From assembly GCA_041178085.1 (NCBI GenBank), contig JBEGVZ010000119.1, positions 44,723-108,722 of the forward strand: a DNA stretch of 64,000 nucleotides. Direction: 5' to 3'. Under the pieces are notes generated by a model, which saw nothing but the letters and a program-made list of their open reading frames with translations, had not been told where the DNA came from and made no database searches. Position 1 is the stretch's first letter. Each line of letters opens with the position of its first letter. A program made the position numbers and the translations under genes. Origin of the DNA: Pseudomonadota bacterium (lineage in GTDB: Bacteria > Bdellovibrionota_B > Oligoflexia > Oligoflexales > RGVZ01). Below, in pieces: positions 1 through 10,292 of this stretch.

Positions 1-752
1 GCCGGATGCCAAAGGATCCGCTGGTCATCAAAACCATCGTGACGACCGACATGCAGGCCGACATCGCACACCACTATGGAGCGGCCTGTGAGGAAACCCT
101 GACTGGCTTCAAGTGGATCTGTGACCGGATTGAGGCCTATGCCACCGGCGCCCTCACCCCCAAAAAGACTTACGTTTGCGGCGGCGAAGAAAGCTACGGA
201 TTCCTGATGGACCACTTCGTTCGCGACAAGGACGCCGTGGCTGCCTGCTGCATCGCAGCCGAGATGGTCGCCTGGTACAAGCACCAGGGCCTGACCATGT
301 CCCAGGTTCTTGACCGCCTGTTCCTGCGCCACGGGCTTTATCAGGAAGGACTGCATACCATCACGCTGCCCGGGCAATCAGGCGAAGCGCGTATCAAACA
401 AATGATGAACGGACTGCGCAAAGCACCCCCATCAACTTTGGCTGGCAAGAAAGTAAAGATCATCCGGGATTATGAGTTCGGGCGGGTACTTGCCTGCACC
501 CCCAAGGGGCCGGAATTGGTGGGGAATATCACGCTTCCCAAGTCGGACGTGCTACAATTTGAGCTGGACGACGGGTCCAAGGTCAGTGTCCGCCCTTCCG
601 GCACTGAACCCAAGATCAAGTTTTATGTCAGCGTCCGGGACGGCAGAGCCAAAGGGGCGAGCCTGGCGGAACTTCCGGCCTTGAAAAAAGAGGCGCTTGG
701 AAGGGTCGAAGAGATCAAGCAGACGTTTGTGGATCTCGCCAGCAAGCAGTAA
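1..752 (+). CDS. alpha-D-phosphohexomutase family protein (phosphoglucomutase/phosphomannomutase type), C-terminal part; the 5' end lies outside the window
   Basis: The frame of ORF 6..752 is open to the window edge. Motifs GGEESYGF and RPSGTEPKIKFY match the sugar- and phosphate-binding loops of phosphohexomutase domains 3 and 4. Confidence 0.8.
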   Translation, partial: RMPKDPLVIKTIVTTDMQADIAHHYGAACEETLTGFKWICDRIEAYATGALTPKKTYVCGGEESYGFLMDHFVRDKDAVAACCIAAEMVAWYKHQGLTMSQVLDRLFLRHGLYQEGLHTITLPGQSGEARIKQMMNGLRKAPPSTLAGKKVKIIRDYEFGRVLACTPKGPELVGNITLPKSDVLQFELDDGSKVSVRPSGTEPKIKFYVSVRDGRAKGASLAELPALKKEALGRVEEIKQTFVDLASKQ

Positions 753-795
753 GCAAGTCCAGTTCCGGGATGACCGGCAATGTGGAGTCGTTGTG

Positions 796-1662
796 ATGAA
801 AAATTTCTGCTCCCGAGTTGTCCTTGCGGCAGGCGTTGGCCTGATCACATGGTCAGCTGGCATGACGACTGCGGTCTTTGCTCAGACCAGCGGCCAATAC
901 CAGCGTGCGAGCGACGGCGCTGAAGTCGTCATGCGCAAAATGTATCCCAAGAAAGGCCGGTTCGAGCTGGAAGCGACTGGCGGCATGATCCTGAACCAGT
1001 CCTATCTGAACACATTCCTTTTTGGCGGAGGCGCCAACTACTTCTGGTCCGAGACGTGGGGGCTTGGTGCAGAGGTCATGATCGCATCCAATTCGGACAA
1101 GGACGAGCGTACTTGCCTGGAAAATTTCTATAACGACCCTGAGGACGTCGTCGGCCCTGAATGTGGGTCTGCCGACAACCTGAGTGGCCGCGCCAACTAT
1201 GGGCCGGCCTACGTGCCGATCCGACAAACCAACATGATCCTCGGTGCACACGGAATCTGGAATCCAGTTTATGGCAAACAGATTATCCTCTTGCGCGCGG
1301 TTACCCACTTTGACCTGTACATGCTGGTTGGTGGTGGCCTTGCGTTCTCGACCTTCTGGCCGCAGCAGTTGAACTTGAAAGGCACCACGCGGAGCGCCCG
1401 CGGCACTTTCAATGCGGATCAGAATGCCACCTCCGGCAATCCAGGTGCCACGCCCGGCGAGAGCGATCTTTACGGAACCAATGGCCGTCCTGACCCTGAG
1501 TCGACGACCAACATCCAGGGCACCGCTGCCGTTGGACAAAAAATCCACTTCACAAAAAACTTTCACGCCCGGATCGAGCTCAGAAATTATCTTTTGCTGG
1601 GAACAAAGTCGGGTTTTGACAACTTCTTCGCGCTTACCGGCGGTGTTGGTTTCCGCTTCTGA
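796..1662 (+). CDS. outer-membrane beta-barrel protein (hypothetical)
   Basis: The internal ATG at 796 gives a signal peptide (MKNFCSRVVLAAGVGLITWSAGMTTAVFAQ). The sequence is rich in Gly and aromatic residues in an alternating pattern. The C-terminus GGVGFRF ends in Phe, as in OMP barrels. Confidence 0.55.
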   Translation: MKNFCSRVVLAAGVGLITWSAGMTTAVFAQTSGQYQRASDGAEVVMRKMYPKKGRFELEATGGMILNQSYLNTFLFGGGANYFWSETWGLGAEVMIASNSDKDERTCLENFYNDPEDVVGPECGSADNLSGRANYGPAYVPIRQTNMILGAHGIWNPVYGKQIILLRAVTHFDLYMLVGGGLAFSTFWPQQLNLKGTTRSARGTFNADQNATSGNPGATPGESDLYGTNGRPDPESTTNIQGTAAVGQKIHFTKNFHARIELRNYLLLGTKSGFDNFFALTGGVGFRF

Positions 1663-1667
1663 CTCCG

Positions 1668-2003
1668 TCAGGCGCCTGTGCGTTGCTTGATGATGGCGAA
1701 AACCTTTTCCAGGTCTTTTGGTGTGATGCCGATTTTGAGCAGGCCGCCGACGTCTATGACGATGGCTTCCTGTTTGAAGGGTCGCATCAAGTCGCGATGA
1801 AACCAGATCCTCTGCAAGTCCATGCCCCAAATCCGCCACTTGCCGGAAAGCAGGCCCAGATTTTTGCGTCGTGCAGAGCGGATTTCCGTCCAGGCGATCT
1901 TGCGCGCCCGGCGGGACGGAAAATAAAAATTGCGGACCAGAATTCCATCTGATCCGCAAGCAACGAGCGAGTCGTCATAGATCCATTTTGAACTGCTTTT
2001 CAC
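1668..2003 (-). CDS. hypothetical small protein (111 aa)
   Basis: An ORF lies directly downstream of ssb on the same strand. It has no recognisable motif, and several alternative-frame ORFs overlap it. Confidence 0.35.
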   Translation of the reverse strand: MKSSSKWIYDDSLVACGSDGILVRNFYFPSRRARKIAWTEIRSARRKNLGLLSGKWRIWGMDLQRIWFHRDLMRPFKQEAIVIDVGGLLKIGITPKDLEKVFAIIKQRTGA

Positions 2004-2017
2004 GCCCTGAATCCCGT

Positions 2018-2485
2018 TTAGAAGGGGATGTCATCCAAGGTCGGGTCATACGCGCCGCCAGCATTGGGCTGGCTGCCGCTGATTTCACCGGATCCCGGGC
2101 CGCTGGTGGACGGGGCTGTTCCCATCTCGCCGCGCTCACGGGACTGCGATCCCCCGGCTCCGCCAAGGAATTGCACATTCTGCGCCACGATTTCCGTTGT
2201 GTAGCGCTTCTGACCGGTCTTGTCTTCCCACGAACGGGTCTGAAGCTTGCCCTCGACAAACACCGTCCGTCCCTTGGCCAGGTATTTCGCACAGTTTTCA
2301 GCTTGCTTGTTCCAAACTACGACACGGTGCCACTCTGTCTGTTCCTGACGCTGGCCGTCGGCGCCCGTACGGTAGTCAGTGGTCGCCACGTTCAAAGTTG
2401 CGACGGCAACCTGGTTGGCGGTGTAACGGAGCTCGGGGTCTTGGCCGAGGTTACCGATGATCAGAACACGGTTCAGGGATGCCAT
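2018..2485 (-). CDS. ssb: single-stranded DNA-binding protein
   Basis: The N-terminal OB fold starts MASLNRVLIIGNLGQDPELRYT. A Gly/Ser-rich linker follows. The acidic tail DDIPF is the canonical SSB C-terminus. Confidence 0.95.
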   Translation of the reverse strand: MASLNRVLIIGNLGQDPELRYTANQVAVATLNVATTDYRTGADGQRQEQTEWHRVVVWNKQAENCAKYLAKGRTVFVEGKLQTRSWEDKTGQKRYTTEIVAQNVQFLGGAGGSQSRERGEMGTAPSTSGPGSGEISGSQPNAGGAYDPTLDDIPF

Positions 2486-2627
2486 GGTTGGAACTCCTTC
2501 AAGTGCAGCGCCAGCCGATTACAGGGCCGGCAAGCTTTCGACTTCTTGGGATAGCCGCAAAGCTTTGTCCCCGTCAAAAGCTAAATTTGGGTTTGCTGAA
2601 AATGCCATGCCATGACATCTTCGCTCC

Positions 2628-4136
2628 ATGAAACCTCGACTTACGGATACTGCCAGAAGCCGCTTGAAAATCAGCATGTTCGTTGCAGGTTGCGCTGGTG
2701 TAATGGCGGCCCTCACAGCGACCAGCGGATGTCAGCGCGACGAAAGATTCCCCGCACTGGGCGACCGGATCGCCAGCCCGGTGGCGATTGTCACCGGTCC
2801 AGACGAGCAACACTTCTACGTTTTGAACGCCGATTTTGACCGGACTTACAACGCCGGTTCCATCGTGGTCATCGACGCCGATGGCAACAAAAAAGCAGTC
2901 GTGCCAGTTCCGCGCCTTGGCCGAACGCTCTCCGTCTCGGGGACGAGCCTGCTCGTGACCTTCGACTCCGACGGGACAAGCAGCGGTCCACAAGCGATCC
3001 TGTTTGACCTTTCAGACGCCGCAAATCCCGTTGAAGTGAAGCGCATCGACATGCCTTGCAACCCGCTCAACGTCGTAATGCGTGACGGCTACAAATACTT
3101 TGCCGTTGCCTGCGAGGCCAATGGCGACACGGGTAGTCTGGCCATTGGGATACTTGACGGGGCCAACACAGTGATCAACCTGGTCCGCTCTTACGGCACC
3201 GCGCGCAGGGCCATGCACATCGACGTGACCAACGAGCTTTTGTTCGCATTCCCAACCGACTTCGGCTTGCAAACGTGGATGGACCTCGACATGGACGACG
3301 CGGTCAGCTACGGAACCGACGGATCCCAAACCGCACAACCCAATGAAATCCCGGACGAATACGAAAAAACGCGCAGGGCCCGCTCCAACACTGGGCAGCG
3401 CCGGATTTTCCAATTCGTCGTTTACGATCTGAAGGCAGAAGCGCAGGCCAGCCCAGAGGCTTTCCCCTTCCGGCCAGTGTCCGACAAACAGGTCGAGAGT
3501 GAATTCCGCTGGATCTACTTCAACCCCCAGGGCTTTGGCGGGCTACCCGATTCCGACGCTGGCCTGACGTCAACCACTGCAACCAGGCGTTACTACAGAA
3601 CAAACTTCTTCAGTGCCGCGCACGATCCTGAAGACGGTGCCGCCTTTTACCTTTCTCATCGCGGGCACGTCGACGCCGCCACAGGCATCGGCTCGCCACA
3701 CGCCAACGACGTTTTGCGAGTAAGCCTGACGGGCGATCCGCGCCCAGCAGCTGACGGAACAGTCCCCAAAACTTCGACCTACCTTGGCTTTGAGCGGGTT
3801 TACGGAAGGGGCAACGAAGACCACGCCCAGGGGCTGCATTATCCGGGTGATATCGCAGTTCGCCGGGTCGCCGGCCAGAAGATGCTTTTCGTAAATCATT
3901 TCAGGGATTTGGTGAACTGGACGCGTTCCCAGGTCTATTTTGCTGTGGCGGCAAAGACCCTTGGCAATGACTACTGGCACAGCGAAAAAGGCAGCGCCGA
4001 CCCCTACGAATCCTACTACCAGATGGCCGTCACGAAGACCGGTCGCATGGCCGCGTGTTCCTTCTACGGCAGCAAGGTTATTCTGTTTGATGTTCTGCCC
4101 GGTGCTGCTATAAATGAGCGATTGAGCATCCAATAA
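2628..4136 (+). CDS. hypothetical lipoprotein, probably a beta-propeller-like fold
   Basis: There is a signal peptide with a lipobox (AALTATSGC). It is a long ORF with normal composition and no catalytic motif that I recognise. Confidence 0.5.
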   Translation: MKPRLTDTARSRLKISMFVAGCAGVMAALTATSGCQRDERFPALGDRIASPVAIVTGPDEQHFYVLNADFDRTYNAGSIVVIDADGNKKAVVPVPRLGRTLSVSGTSLLVTFDSDGTSSGPQAILFDLSDAANPVEVKRIDMPCNPLNVVMRDGYKYFAVACEANGDTGSLAIGILDGANTVINLVRSYGTARRAMHIDVTNELLFAFPTDFGLQTWMDLDMDDAVSYGTDGSQTAQPNEIPDEYEKTRRARSNTGQRRIFQFVVYDLKAEAQASPEAFPFRPVSDKQVESEFRWIYFNPQGFGGLPDSDAGLTSTTATRRYYRTNFFSAAHDPEDGAAFYLSHRGHVDAATGIGSPHANDVLRVSLTGDPRPAADGTVPKTSTYLGFERVYGRGNEDHAQGLHYPGDIAVRRVAGQKMLFVNHFRDLVNWTRSQVYFAVAAKTLGNDYWHSEKGSADPYESYYQMAVTKTGRMAACSFYGSKVILFDVLPGAAINERLSIQ

Positions 4137-4155
4137 ACGCTTGTGGCAGTGACCT

Positions 4156-7100
4156 ATGCACCTAAAACGAATCACCGTTCAGGGCTTCAAGTCCTTTGCT
4201 GACAAAATCAGCCTGACCTTTGACCGGGGCATCACTGGTGTCGTCGGTCCCAACGGTTCGGGCAAAAGCAACATCATCGACGCTGTCCGCTGGGTGATGG
4301 GCGAACAAAACGCCAAGAACCTTCGTGGTGAAAAGGCAACGGACATCATTTTTGCGGGTTCAGAACGCCGCAAGACCATGTCCATGGCAGAGGTTTCGCT
4401 GACCTTTGACAACACCGAAGGTGCCAGCATCTGTCCGCCAGAATACCGGCACGAACCTGAAATCACCCTGACGCGCCGCCTCTACGCGGACGGCCAGCGG
4501 GAATACTTGATCAACCGTAAACCCTGTCGTTTAAAAGACATCGTCGGCTTTTTCGCGATGACCGGCCTTGGTGGGCGCAGCTACTCAATGATCCAGCAGG
4601 GTCAAGTCGACCGGATTCTTAACGCAAAGCCGGAAGACGTCCGCGAAATCCTGGAAGAAGCGGCCGGTACGCTGCTCTACAAGCAGCGCAAGATCGAAGC
4701 GCAAAAGCGCCTGGAAGCCACCAACCTGAACCTTTCGCGCGTGACCGACATCCTGGCTGAAATTGAGCGTCAGAAGACCAGCCTCGAGGAACAAGTCGAA
4801 AAAGCCCAGAAGTGGCAGGAAATGAGCACAAGGCTGCGGGAAGAAGAACTTCTCCTGTTCGCCCACAACTTCAAGCTGTTCAAAGACAAGCTCGACGAAG
4901 CCCAGGCAGCCCTTGCCGAGCAGACGACCAAGGAAGCGGAATTCCTGGCTGCGGTTTCACAGTACGAGGCCCGTTACGAGGAACTCCAGCAGATGCTGGC
5001 CGAAGCAGACCCTGAGCTGGCTGCCGTGGTCGAGCAGATCTCGTCTGTCCGCGAGGAGATTGCCCGCGCAGAATCTTCTGTCAGCAATGCACAGACCCGC
5101 ATGGACACCGGTGCAAACCGCCTGCGCGACATCGGTCGCGAGATCCAGGAAGACGCCGCCAACCTGGCCGTGATTGAGGCCCAGGTCGAAGGGGCGACTG
5201 TGGAACTTTCCACGGCTGAAAAGCTGGCGACGGAACTTCGCCGGCAACTTGAAGACTTCCAGAATGAAGTCGACGCGGTCGATGAATCTGCCCAGGTCTT
5301 CCGCGCGAAGATCGAAGAGGGTGAAGACGAGATCCGCAACCTGACCCGCCTGATCGACACGAACAAAGTGCGTACCGAATCGACCCAGCGCGAGATTGCG
5401 CGGGTCGAGAAATTGATCGAAGGCGAAAACACGCGGCGACAGAGCCTTAGAGAAGACGTCGCCCAGGCCCTTGCGATCGTCGAGTCGGCTCAAGGCAAGG
5501 CTGCCGGGCAGCAAGAAGGCCTGGACGTCGAAATCCGTGAAAAGCACTCGCGTGAAGCTGCGGTTGCTGCGCGTTACGCGCAAATGAAAGAAGCCAACAC
5601 AACCCGCGACACACTGCGCGAGAAGTACCACGAGTCCCGTGCGCGCCTTGCGTCCTTGCAGGAACTTGATGAGCAGGGGGCGACAGACGCCTCTGCTTCA
5701 CTCAACAAGCTTTACGAAACCGGCACTGTCGACCGCGCCAACGTCCCGGGGCTTTTTGCTGAGCAAATTGCCTGGAACAGTAACTCCCAGGAACTGCCGA
5801 AGCCTGCAACGCAGGCCTTTGAACGCTGGGCGGAGCGCATCGTCATCACCGGTGTCGATGGCCTGAACCAGGTCGTACGCGCAGCGTCCAAGGCGGAGGT
5901 GACTCCACTGCCCGTGACCTTGCTGGCGCGTTCCGTCACGCTCAAGTCAAACAGCCAGTTCGCCAGCCAGGTCGCATCCTGGGCATCTGCTTATGATGCC
6001 GTCCCGATGGGTGAGTTCCTACGGATTGACTCCAAACCTCATGCCAGCGGTGAAGCGAAGAGCGGGCTCGAGGCGCTTCTCTCCCGTCTTTACTTCGTCC
6101 CGGCACTGGCCATGGACCAGGCTACGCTTGGAGAGATGCCAGCCGGCCTGATCGCCTTTACGGCACAAGGGCTTTGCATAACCGGTGAAGACGACTTCCT
6201 GGTGAGTGGCAAGGGCGGAGCCAGCGTCTTGAGCCGCAAGTCTGAACAAGAATCGCTGGCCAAGGCGCTGAAGCAAATCGAAGGGGACCTCGCCCGCGCG
6301 CAGTCGCTGATCGATGAGCTGGAACTTAAAATCAACGAAGACCGCGCCGTCGTCACAGAAATCGACGGACGCCTTCAGCAACAAAATGCGACTGTTCTGG
6401 CGATCATGTCGGAACTCCAGTCCGCGCAGCAGGTTGCAACGCACAAGCAGGAGTTGCTTGCTGCACAAGAGCAAACCATGGCGGAACTGTCCCGGCAGGA
6501 CGAGCAGTTCAAGTCGGAACTGGCAAATCTGGAGACCTCGCGCACTTCGCTGGAAGAGGAACTGCGCAACGCCGAAATCGAATTGGCAAGCATCCGCGAA
6601 GAAGCTTCAGGGCTTGAGGAAAGACGCGAGGAAGTCTTCCGCCAGAACCAGCAGCGCTCTGTCGACCTGGCCAAGTCAGAGGCCCGGGCCAATGCCCTGC
6701 GCGAAAGCTTCACCCATGCACGGGCTCAGCAAGAACTTCTGCAAAACAAGCTGAGCCGCCGTTATGAAGAACAGGCCTCCCTGCAAGGGGACATCGACGC
6801 AGCTAAAAATCTGCTGGAACACTCTCAAAACAGGATCGAGGGACTGATTGCCCAGCGCGCTGAGCTGGACGAGAAAGTCGCGGAAAAACGCGAAGCTCAA
6901 GCCGGCATCCATGAAGAACTGCGAGTGATCGACTCGCGCCTCAAAGAGTGCCGTGACCACCAGGCCAAGGTGCAAAAGAGCCTGTCGGACAAGAACGTCC
7001 AGATCGAACGTGCAACCATGGCCATCTCGAGCGTGACGGCCCAGGCCCAGGAGAAATACCAGCTCGACATCGCAACCTACGAATTCACCTTTGACCCTGA

Positions 7101-7974
7101 ATTTGAAGCAGACAAAACTGCGCGCAGCGTCGGCAGCTTGCGTGGTCGCATTGAATCCCTTGGCCCGATCAACATGATGGCCCTGCAGGAGTTCGAAGAG
7201 CTGACCACACGCGAGAACTTCATCCGCACGCAACAGGATGAGATCAACTCCAGCATCATGCTTCTCAATGAGGCCATTGGAGAGATCGAAGTTTCCTCGA
7301 AAGACAAGTTCCTGGCGACGTTCCACATCATCAACCGCGAATTTGGCCAGCTGTTCCCGATCCTTTTCCCGAACGGGGAAGGGCACCTGGAACTGACCAA
7401 CCCGGAAGATCCGCTTGGTGGTGGCGTCGAGATAATGGTCCGCCTGCCTGGCAAAAAGCAGCAGAGCATGAACCTGTTCTCGGGTGGAGAAAAAGCCCTG
7501 ACGGCGATCTCACTGATCTTTGCATTGCTTAAGACCAAGCCGACACCGTTCTGCTTCCTTGACGAAGTTGATGCGCCGCTCGACGAAGCCAACGTCGGCC
7601 GCTACAACCGTGTCCTCGATGCGCTTTCGGACCAGTTCCAGTTCATCATCATTACCCACAACCGCCGCACGATGGAGGTCCTTGACACCCTCTACGGCGT
7701 GACGATGCAAGAGCCAGGCGTCTCCAGCATCGTTGGCGTGGACATGAAGAAGGACTTGCCACCTCACTTGCGCAAGGCGTTCAAGGAAGAGGGTTCAAAG
7801 GAGGCCGTCAAGCCGGCTGCTTCGGCGGCTCCGACGACGAGGATCTCTGGCGCCACGGCAGTGGACGAGGGCGAATCCAGACCAGCTTTGTCGACGGAAC
7901 CTGTGGAACTTGCCCCGGACTTTGACACGGACATCCCCGTGCCGGTCGAGGCACTGCAGGGCAAACTTGAATAA
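4156..7974 (+). CDS. smc: chromosome segregation protein SMC
   Basis: The N-terminus is MHLKRITVQGFKSFADK...GPNGSGKSNIIDA (Walker A). Long coiled-coil arms and a hinge follow. The C-terminal head has LSGGEKALTAISLIFAL (signature), FCFLDEVDAPLD (Walker B) and IIITHN (H-loop). An acidic/Pro-rich tail of about 80 aa follows. Confidence 0.95.
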   Translation: MHLKRITVQGFKSFADKISLTFDRGITGVVGPNGSGKSNIIDAVRWVMGEQNAKNLRGEKATDIIFAGSERRKTMSMAEVSLTFDNTEGASICPPEYRHEPEITLTRRLYADGQREYLINRKPCRLKDIVGFFAMTGLGGRSYSMIQQGQVDRILNAKPEDVREILEEAAGTLLYKQRKIEAQKRLEATNLNLSRVTDILAEIERQKTSLEEQVEKAQKWQEMSTRLREEELLLFAHNFKLFKDKLDEAQAALAEQTTKEAEFLAAVSQYEARYEELQQMLAEADPELAAVVEQISSVREEIARAESSVSNAQTRMDTGANRLRDIGREIQEDAANLAVIEAQVEGATVELSTAEKLATELRRQLEDFQNEVDAVDESAQVFRAKIEEGEDEIRNLTRLIDTNKVRTESTQREIARVEKLIEGENTRRQSLREDVAQALAIVESAQGKAAGQQEGLDVEIREKHSREAAVAARYAQMKEANTTRDTLREKYHESRARLASLQELDEQGATDASASLNKLYETGTVDRANVPGLFAEQIAWNSNSQELPKPATQAFERWAERIVITGVDGLNQVVRAASKAEVTPLPVTLLARSVTLKSNSQFASQVASWASAYDAVPMGEFLRIDSKPHASGEAKSGLEALLSRLYFVPALAMDQATLGEMPAGLIAFTAQGLCITGEDDFLVSGKGGASVLSRKSEQESLAKALKQIEGDLARAQSLIDELELKINEDRAVVTEIDGRLQQQNATVLAIMSELQSAQQVATHKQELLAAQEQTMAELSRQDEQFKSELANLETSRTSLEEELRNAEIELASIREEASGLEERREEVFRQNQQRSVDLAKSEARANALRESFTHARAQQELLQNKLSRRYEEQASLQGDIDAAKNLLEHSQNRIEGLIAQRAELDEKVAEKREAQAGIHEELRVIDSRLKECRDHQAKVQKSLSDKNVQIERATMAISSVTAQAQEKYQLDIATYEFTFDPEFEADKTARSVGSLRGRIESLGPINMMALQEFEELTTRENFIRTQQDEINSSIMLLNEAIGEIEVSSKDKFLATFHIINREFGQLFPILFPNGEGHLELTNPEDPLGGGVEIMVRLPGKKQQSMNLFSGGEKALTAISLIFALLKTKPTPFCFLDEVDAPLDEANVGRYNRVLDALSDQFQFIIITHNRRTMEVLDTLYGVTMQEPGVSSIVGVDMKKDLPPHLRKAFKEEGSKEAVKPAASAAPTTRISGATAVDEGESRPALSTEPVELAPDFDTDIPVPVEALQGKLE

Positions 7975-8261
7975 AAAGCATTGCTAATCATTTCGCTCGC
8001 GCAATGATCTTTGCGTCATGGACGTAGGGAACGTTAACAGTCAGCGTCAACGTCTCCATGGAAACGTCATAGGTGTATTGATCCGGGCCAAGGACAGATT
8101 CTTTTCCGTCGGCAGCTATCAGGAGCTGGTATTCGTCGGTTATATACTTGGCAGGGACCTGATGGGAGCGGAACAGCTTCTTTGACGCAAACCCCTGCAA
8201 CCACGCCAAACCCTTTGAATAGTCGGCCTCACACACTGAGGACCTGAAATCCGCTGCGCTG
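7628..8261. repeat. left copy of the 634-nt direct repeat (smc 3' end + spacer + 3' end of the vWA-lipoprotein gene)
   Basis: By-eye alignment to 15056-15689 is colinear with no indels and about 22 mismatches (about 96.5% identity). Confidence 0.9.
7988..8261 (-). pseudogene. 3' fragment of a vWA-lipoprotein gene; duplicate of the C-terminus of 15416..17236
   Basis: ORF 7988..8308 encodes ...VCEADYSKGLAWLQGFASKKLFRS(H/Y)QVPAKY...LTLTVNVPYVHDAKIIARAK. This is nearly identical to the last ~90 aa of the 615-aa ORF. Homology stops at 8261, and the fragment has no signal peptide or vWA domain. Confidence 0.85.
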
Positions 8262-8374
8262 GCGAGTACACTCACCCTGGCCTGGTTATCCCGAGGAATT
8301 CGTTGCATGGTCGGGTGGCTGTATTAGAAAACGAGTACACTACAATCCAATCACCGGATGTGCAAAAACCAGAT

Positions 8375-9040
8375 CTATTGGCATCGCGCTTCAATCATAC
8401 AACCGTCCTCGTCTGGGGAAACCGAATTAATGAGGCAGCGGCGATCGCTGATCGCAATCTCATCGTCCACTTTGTAGGCGCCACAACCGCCCGGGACCAC
8501 CAAATACTGAATCGAAGCGTAGGGCGTCGGACCCTCCAGCGTTAAAGGGCACCGGATGATACCGACGGTCCACTCAGTCTGCTGCGTTCCCGGTGGTGAA
8601 AGGCGCTGACAATTTGAACCATGAGATTGTCCCAAAAGAAAACGATTGGCATTGTAATAGCAACATGTCTCGGTTGTACCGTCGGTTTCTGGAACTGGTT
8701 CCCCTGGGTCGCAAAACCCGTTGACTGCGTTGATATTGTACTGATCTCGGGGGTAGATCGTACTCAGTAACCCACAATCGCGCGGATTCTCGACAGGCAA
8801 CGATAACTCAATTCTCATGGAGCCCTTTAAGCGGACACAGCAATACATATTTTCTGGCGGACCATCTGACGTTGGCTCTGGCGTACCTTGCTCAAGCAGG
8901 GACAACCGGGAATTCTCGCCCGTAGGATATTCGTTGACCTTCGTCCGTCGATCCAATGCCTCATCCACTGTGCAACCATATATCAAACAGACACCCATAG
9001 TCCCGATCGCAAATCGGCTAACGAATCTAGAAATGGTCAC
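8375..9040 (-). CDS. Cys-rich lipoprotein (hypothetical)
   Basis: The signal peptide and lipobox read MGVCLIYGC. The mature part has more than 12 Cys. I recognise no family motif. Confidence 0.5.
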   Translation of the reverse strand: MTISRFVSRFAIGTMGVCLIYGCTVDEALDRRTKVNEYPTGENSRLSLLEQGTPEPTSDGPPENMYCCVRLKGSMRIELSLPVENPRDCGLLSTIYPRDQYNINAVNGFCDPGEPVPETDGTTETCCYYNANRFLLGQSHGSNCQRLSPPGTQQTEWTVGIIRCPLTLEGPTPYASIQYLVVPGGCGAYKVDDEIAISDRRCLINSVSPDEDGCMIEARCQ

Positions 9041-9193
9041 TTAACACCTCCAGAATAACCGAAATATTCAAATGCCACCCGACGCGGATAACTAAGCCTA
9101 GGTCAGAAGCGCGACCATGCATCATGATTGCATGTTACCTGTCGACCCAACAGCTCTGGGACCAAAAGTCATCCAAACACGGCAGAGTCCTTT

Positions 9194-9538
9194 TCAATCT
9201 CCAATCGTCTGAAGGGGACCACTAACTGGGTCAGCTGTCGAAAAGTCAGACGCCAATCCACGCGTATCCGTAAAATTGCAAGCTGGCGAGGGAAGGTTGG
9301 GCGCGGTTGAACCAAGCAAGTGGCATTCCAGCGTCTGGTGACAATGCCCATTAGTAAAAATTTGAAACATCACCTTACAGCTCTCTCTCTGGCCCGTCTC
9401 GGTGCATCTTTCAAAAATTTGATACAATCTCTCTCGGCACGGGCCGAGATAAGACGTCGGCCCTGACGCAAAACCAAGGTCCACGATCGACGCAAGTAAC
9501 GTACATAGAACAAATGCAAAAACCACGAATCTCACCAC
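9194..9538 (-). CDS. small secreted Cys-rich protein (hypothetical)
   Basis: The N-terminus is hydrophobic (MVRFVVFAFVLCTLLASIVDLGFASG) and the mature part has 7 Cys. The only other support is ORF length in AT-richer DNA. Confidence 0.35.
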   Translation of the reverse strand: MVRFVVFAFVLCTLLASIVDLGFASGPTSYLGPCRERLYQIFERCTETGQRESCKVMFQIFTNGHCHQTLECHLLGSTAPNLPSPACNFTDTRGLASDFSTADPVSGPLQTIGD

Positions 9539-9688
9539 GTTTGCCCTCCCTCGCGTCGTTAAAACAATAATCTCGGGCTGACCGTACGGTTACTGGGACC
9601 CCAGAGTCCAAAACGTCTTTCCACTCTGACGTCAGCGGTCGGCAAAGCAAAAAACTTAATAAGGCTTTTTCAGTGACACTAAATCTCG

Positions 9689-9990
9689 CGCCATTCCCGG
9701 ATGTTATCGTGTTCGCCCATTACACTTTATCAAGTGTAGTACGGTCTCCTGTTTGCTGAGGTTTACACGCGGGTGCCATCGACCTGGTGGTTGAGCGCTA
9801 TTTAGTCGCCCGGGATTTGTAGGAAATTGAAGCGCGGTTTGGATTCTATGGAACCCACCCTACGCCCCCGCCAATTTCGTTGGCCCATCCGTTACGCACC
9901 GGTATTTCGGGCTTCCCTAGCTATCCAACACCGCCATCATTCGACCAATCCCTGAGCGTCCCCATTTTTTAGTAAACACTCGGTGTCTCC
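9689..9990. repeat. island internal repeat, copy A (non-coding)
   Basis: Blocks cgccattcccggat..., gaaattgaagcgcggtttggattcta and acgcaccggtatttcgggcttccctagctatccaacaccgccatcattcgaccaatccctgagcgtcccc recur at 12052-12232. Copy A carries extra internal segments. Confidence 0.8.
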
Positions 9991-10292
9991 ATGCTTAATT
10001 GATTCTCGACATACGGCGATCACCTAGCTCCTCACACATCAAAATCCCAGAAGCCGTACCCCCCGTATTGTCTCATCGGACCATTGCACAGGGTTCACTC
10101 TTCTCTGGAGCTATCTAAGATCGATGAATTTTTGATGAATCCAGAAAATATTATCAGATTCCCTAAAGTTGGCATGGACTCATACCGAATGATTGACCGG
10201 ATAACAAACGAAGAGGCCTCAAAGAGCAATTGAATGGAAAATTTTTGGTTGAGACCGAGAGCAAGGGTTTCGCAGAAACGGAGGGTCAAGTT

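Noticed and set aside
853-1959. A 368-aa minus-strand ORF overlapping the OMP gene and the small hypothetical gene.
   Set aside because: It is antisense to an ORF with a signal peptide and an OMP C-terminus. Its composition is Arg/Gly/Ala/Pro-rich and low-complexity, typical of shadow ORFs in GC-rich DNA. It has no motif.
4957-7592. Several long minus-strand ORFs inside smc (4957..5631, 6019..6474, 6676..7386, 7077..7592).
   Set aside because: They are all antisense to an smc gene with an unambiguous head, coiled coil and hinge. They are shadow ORFs.
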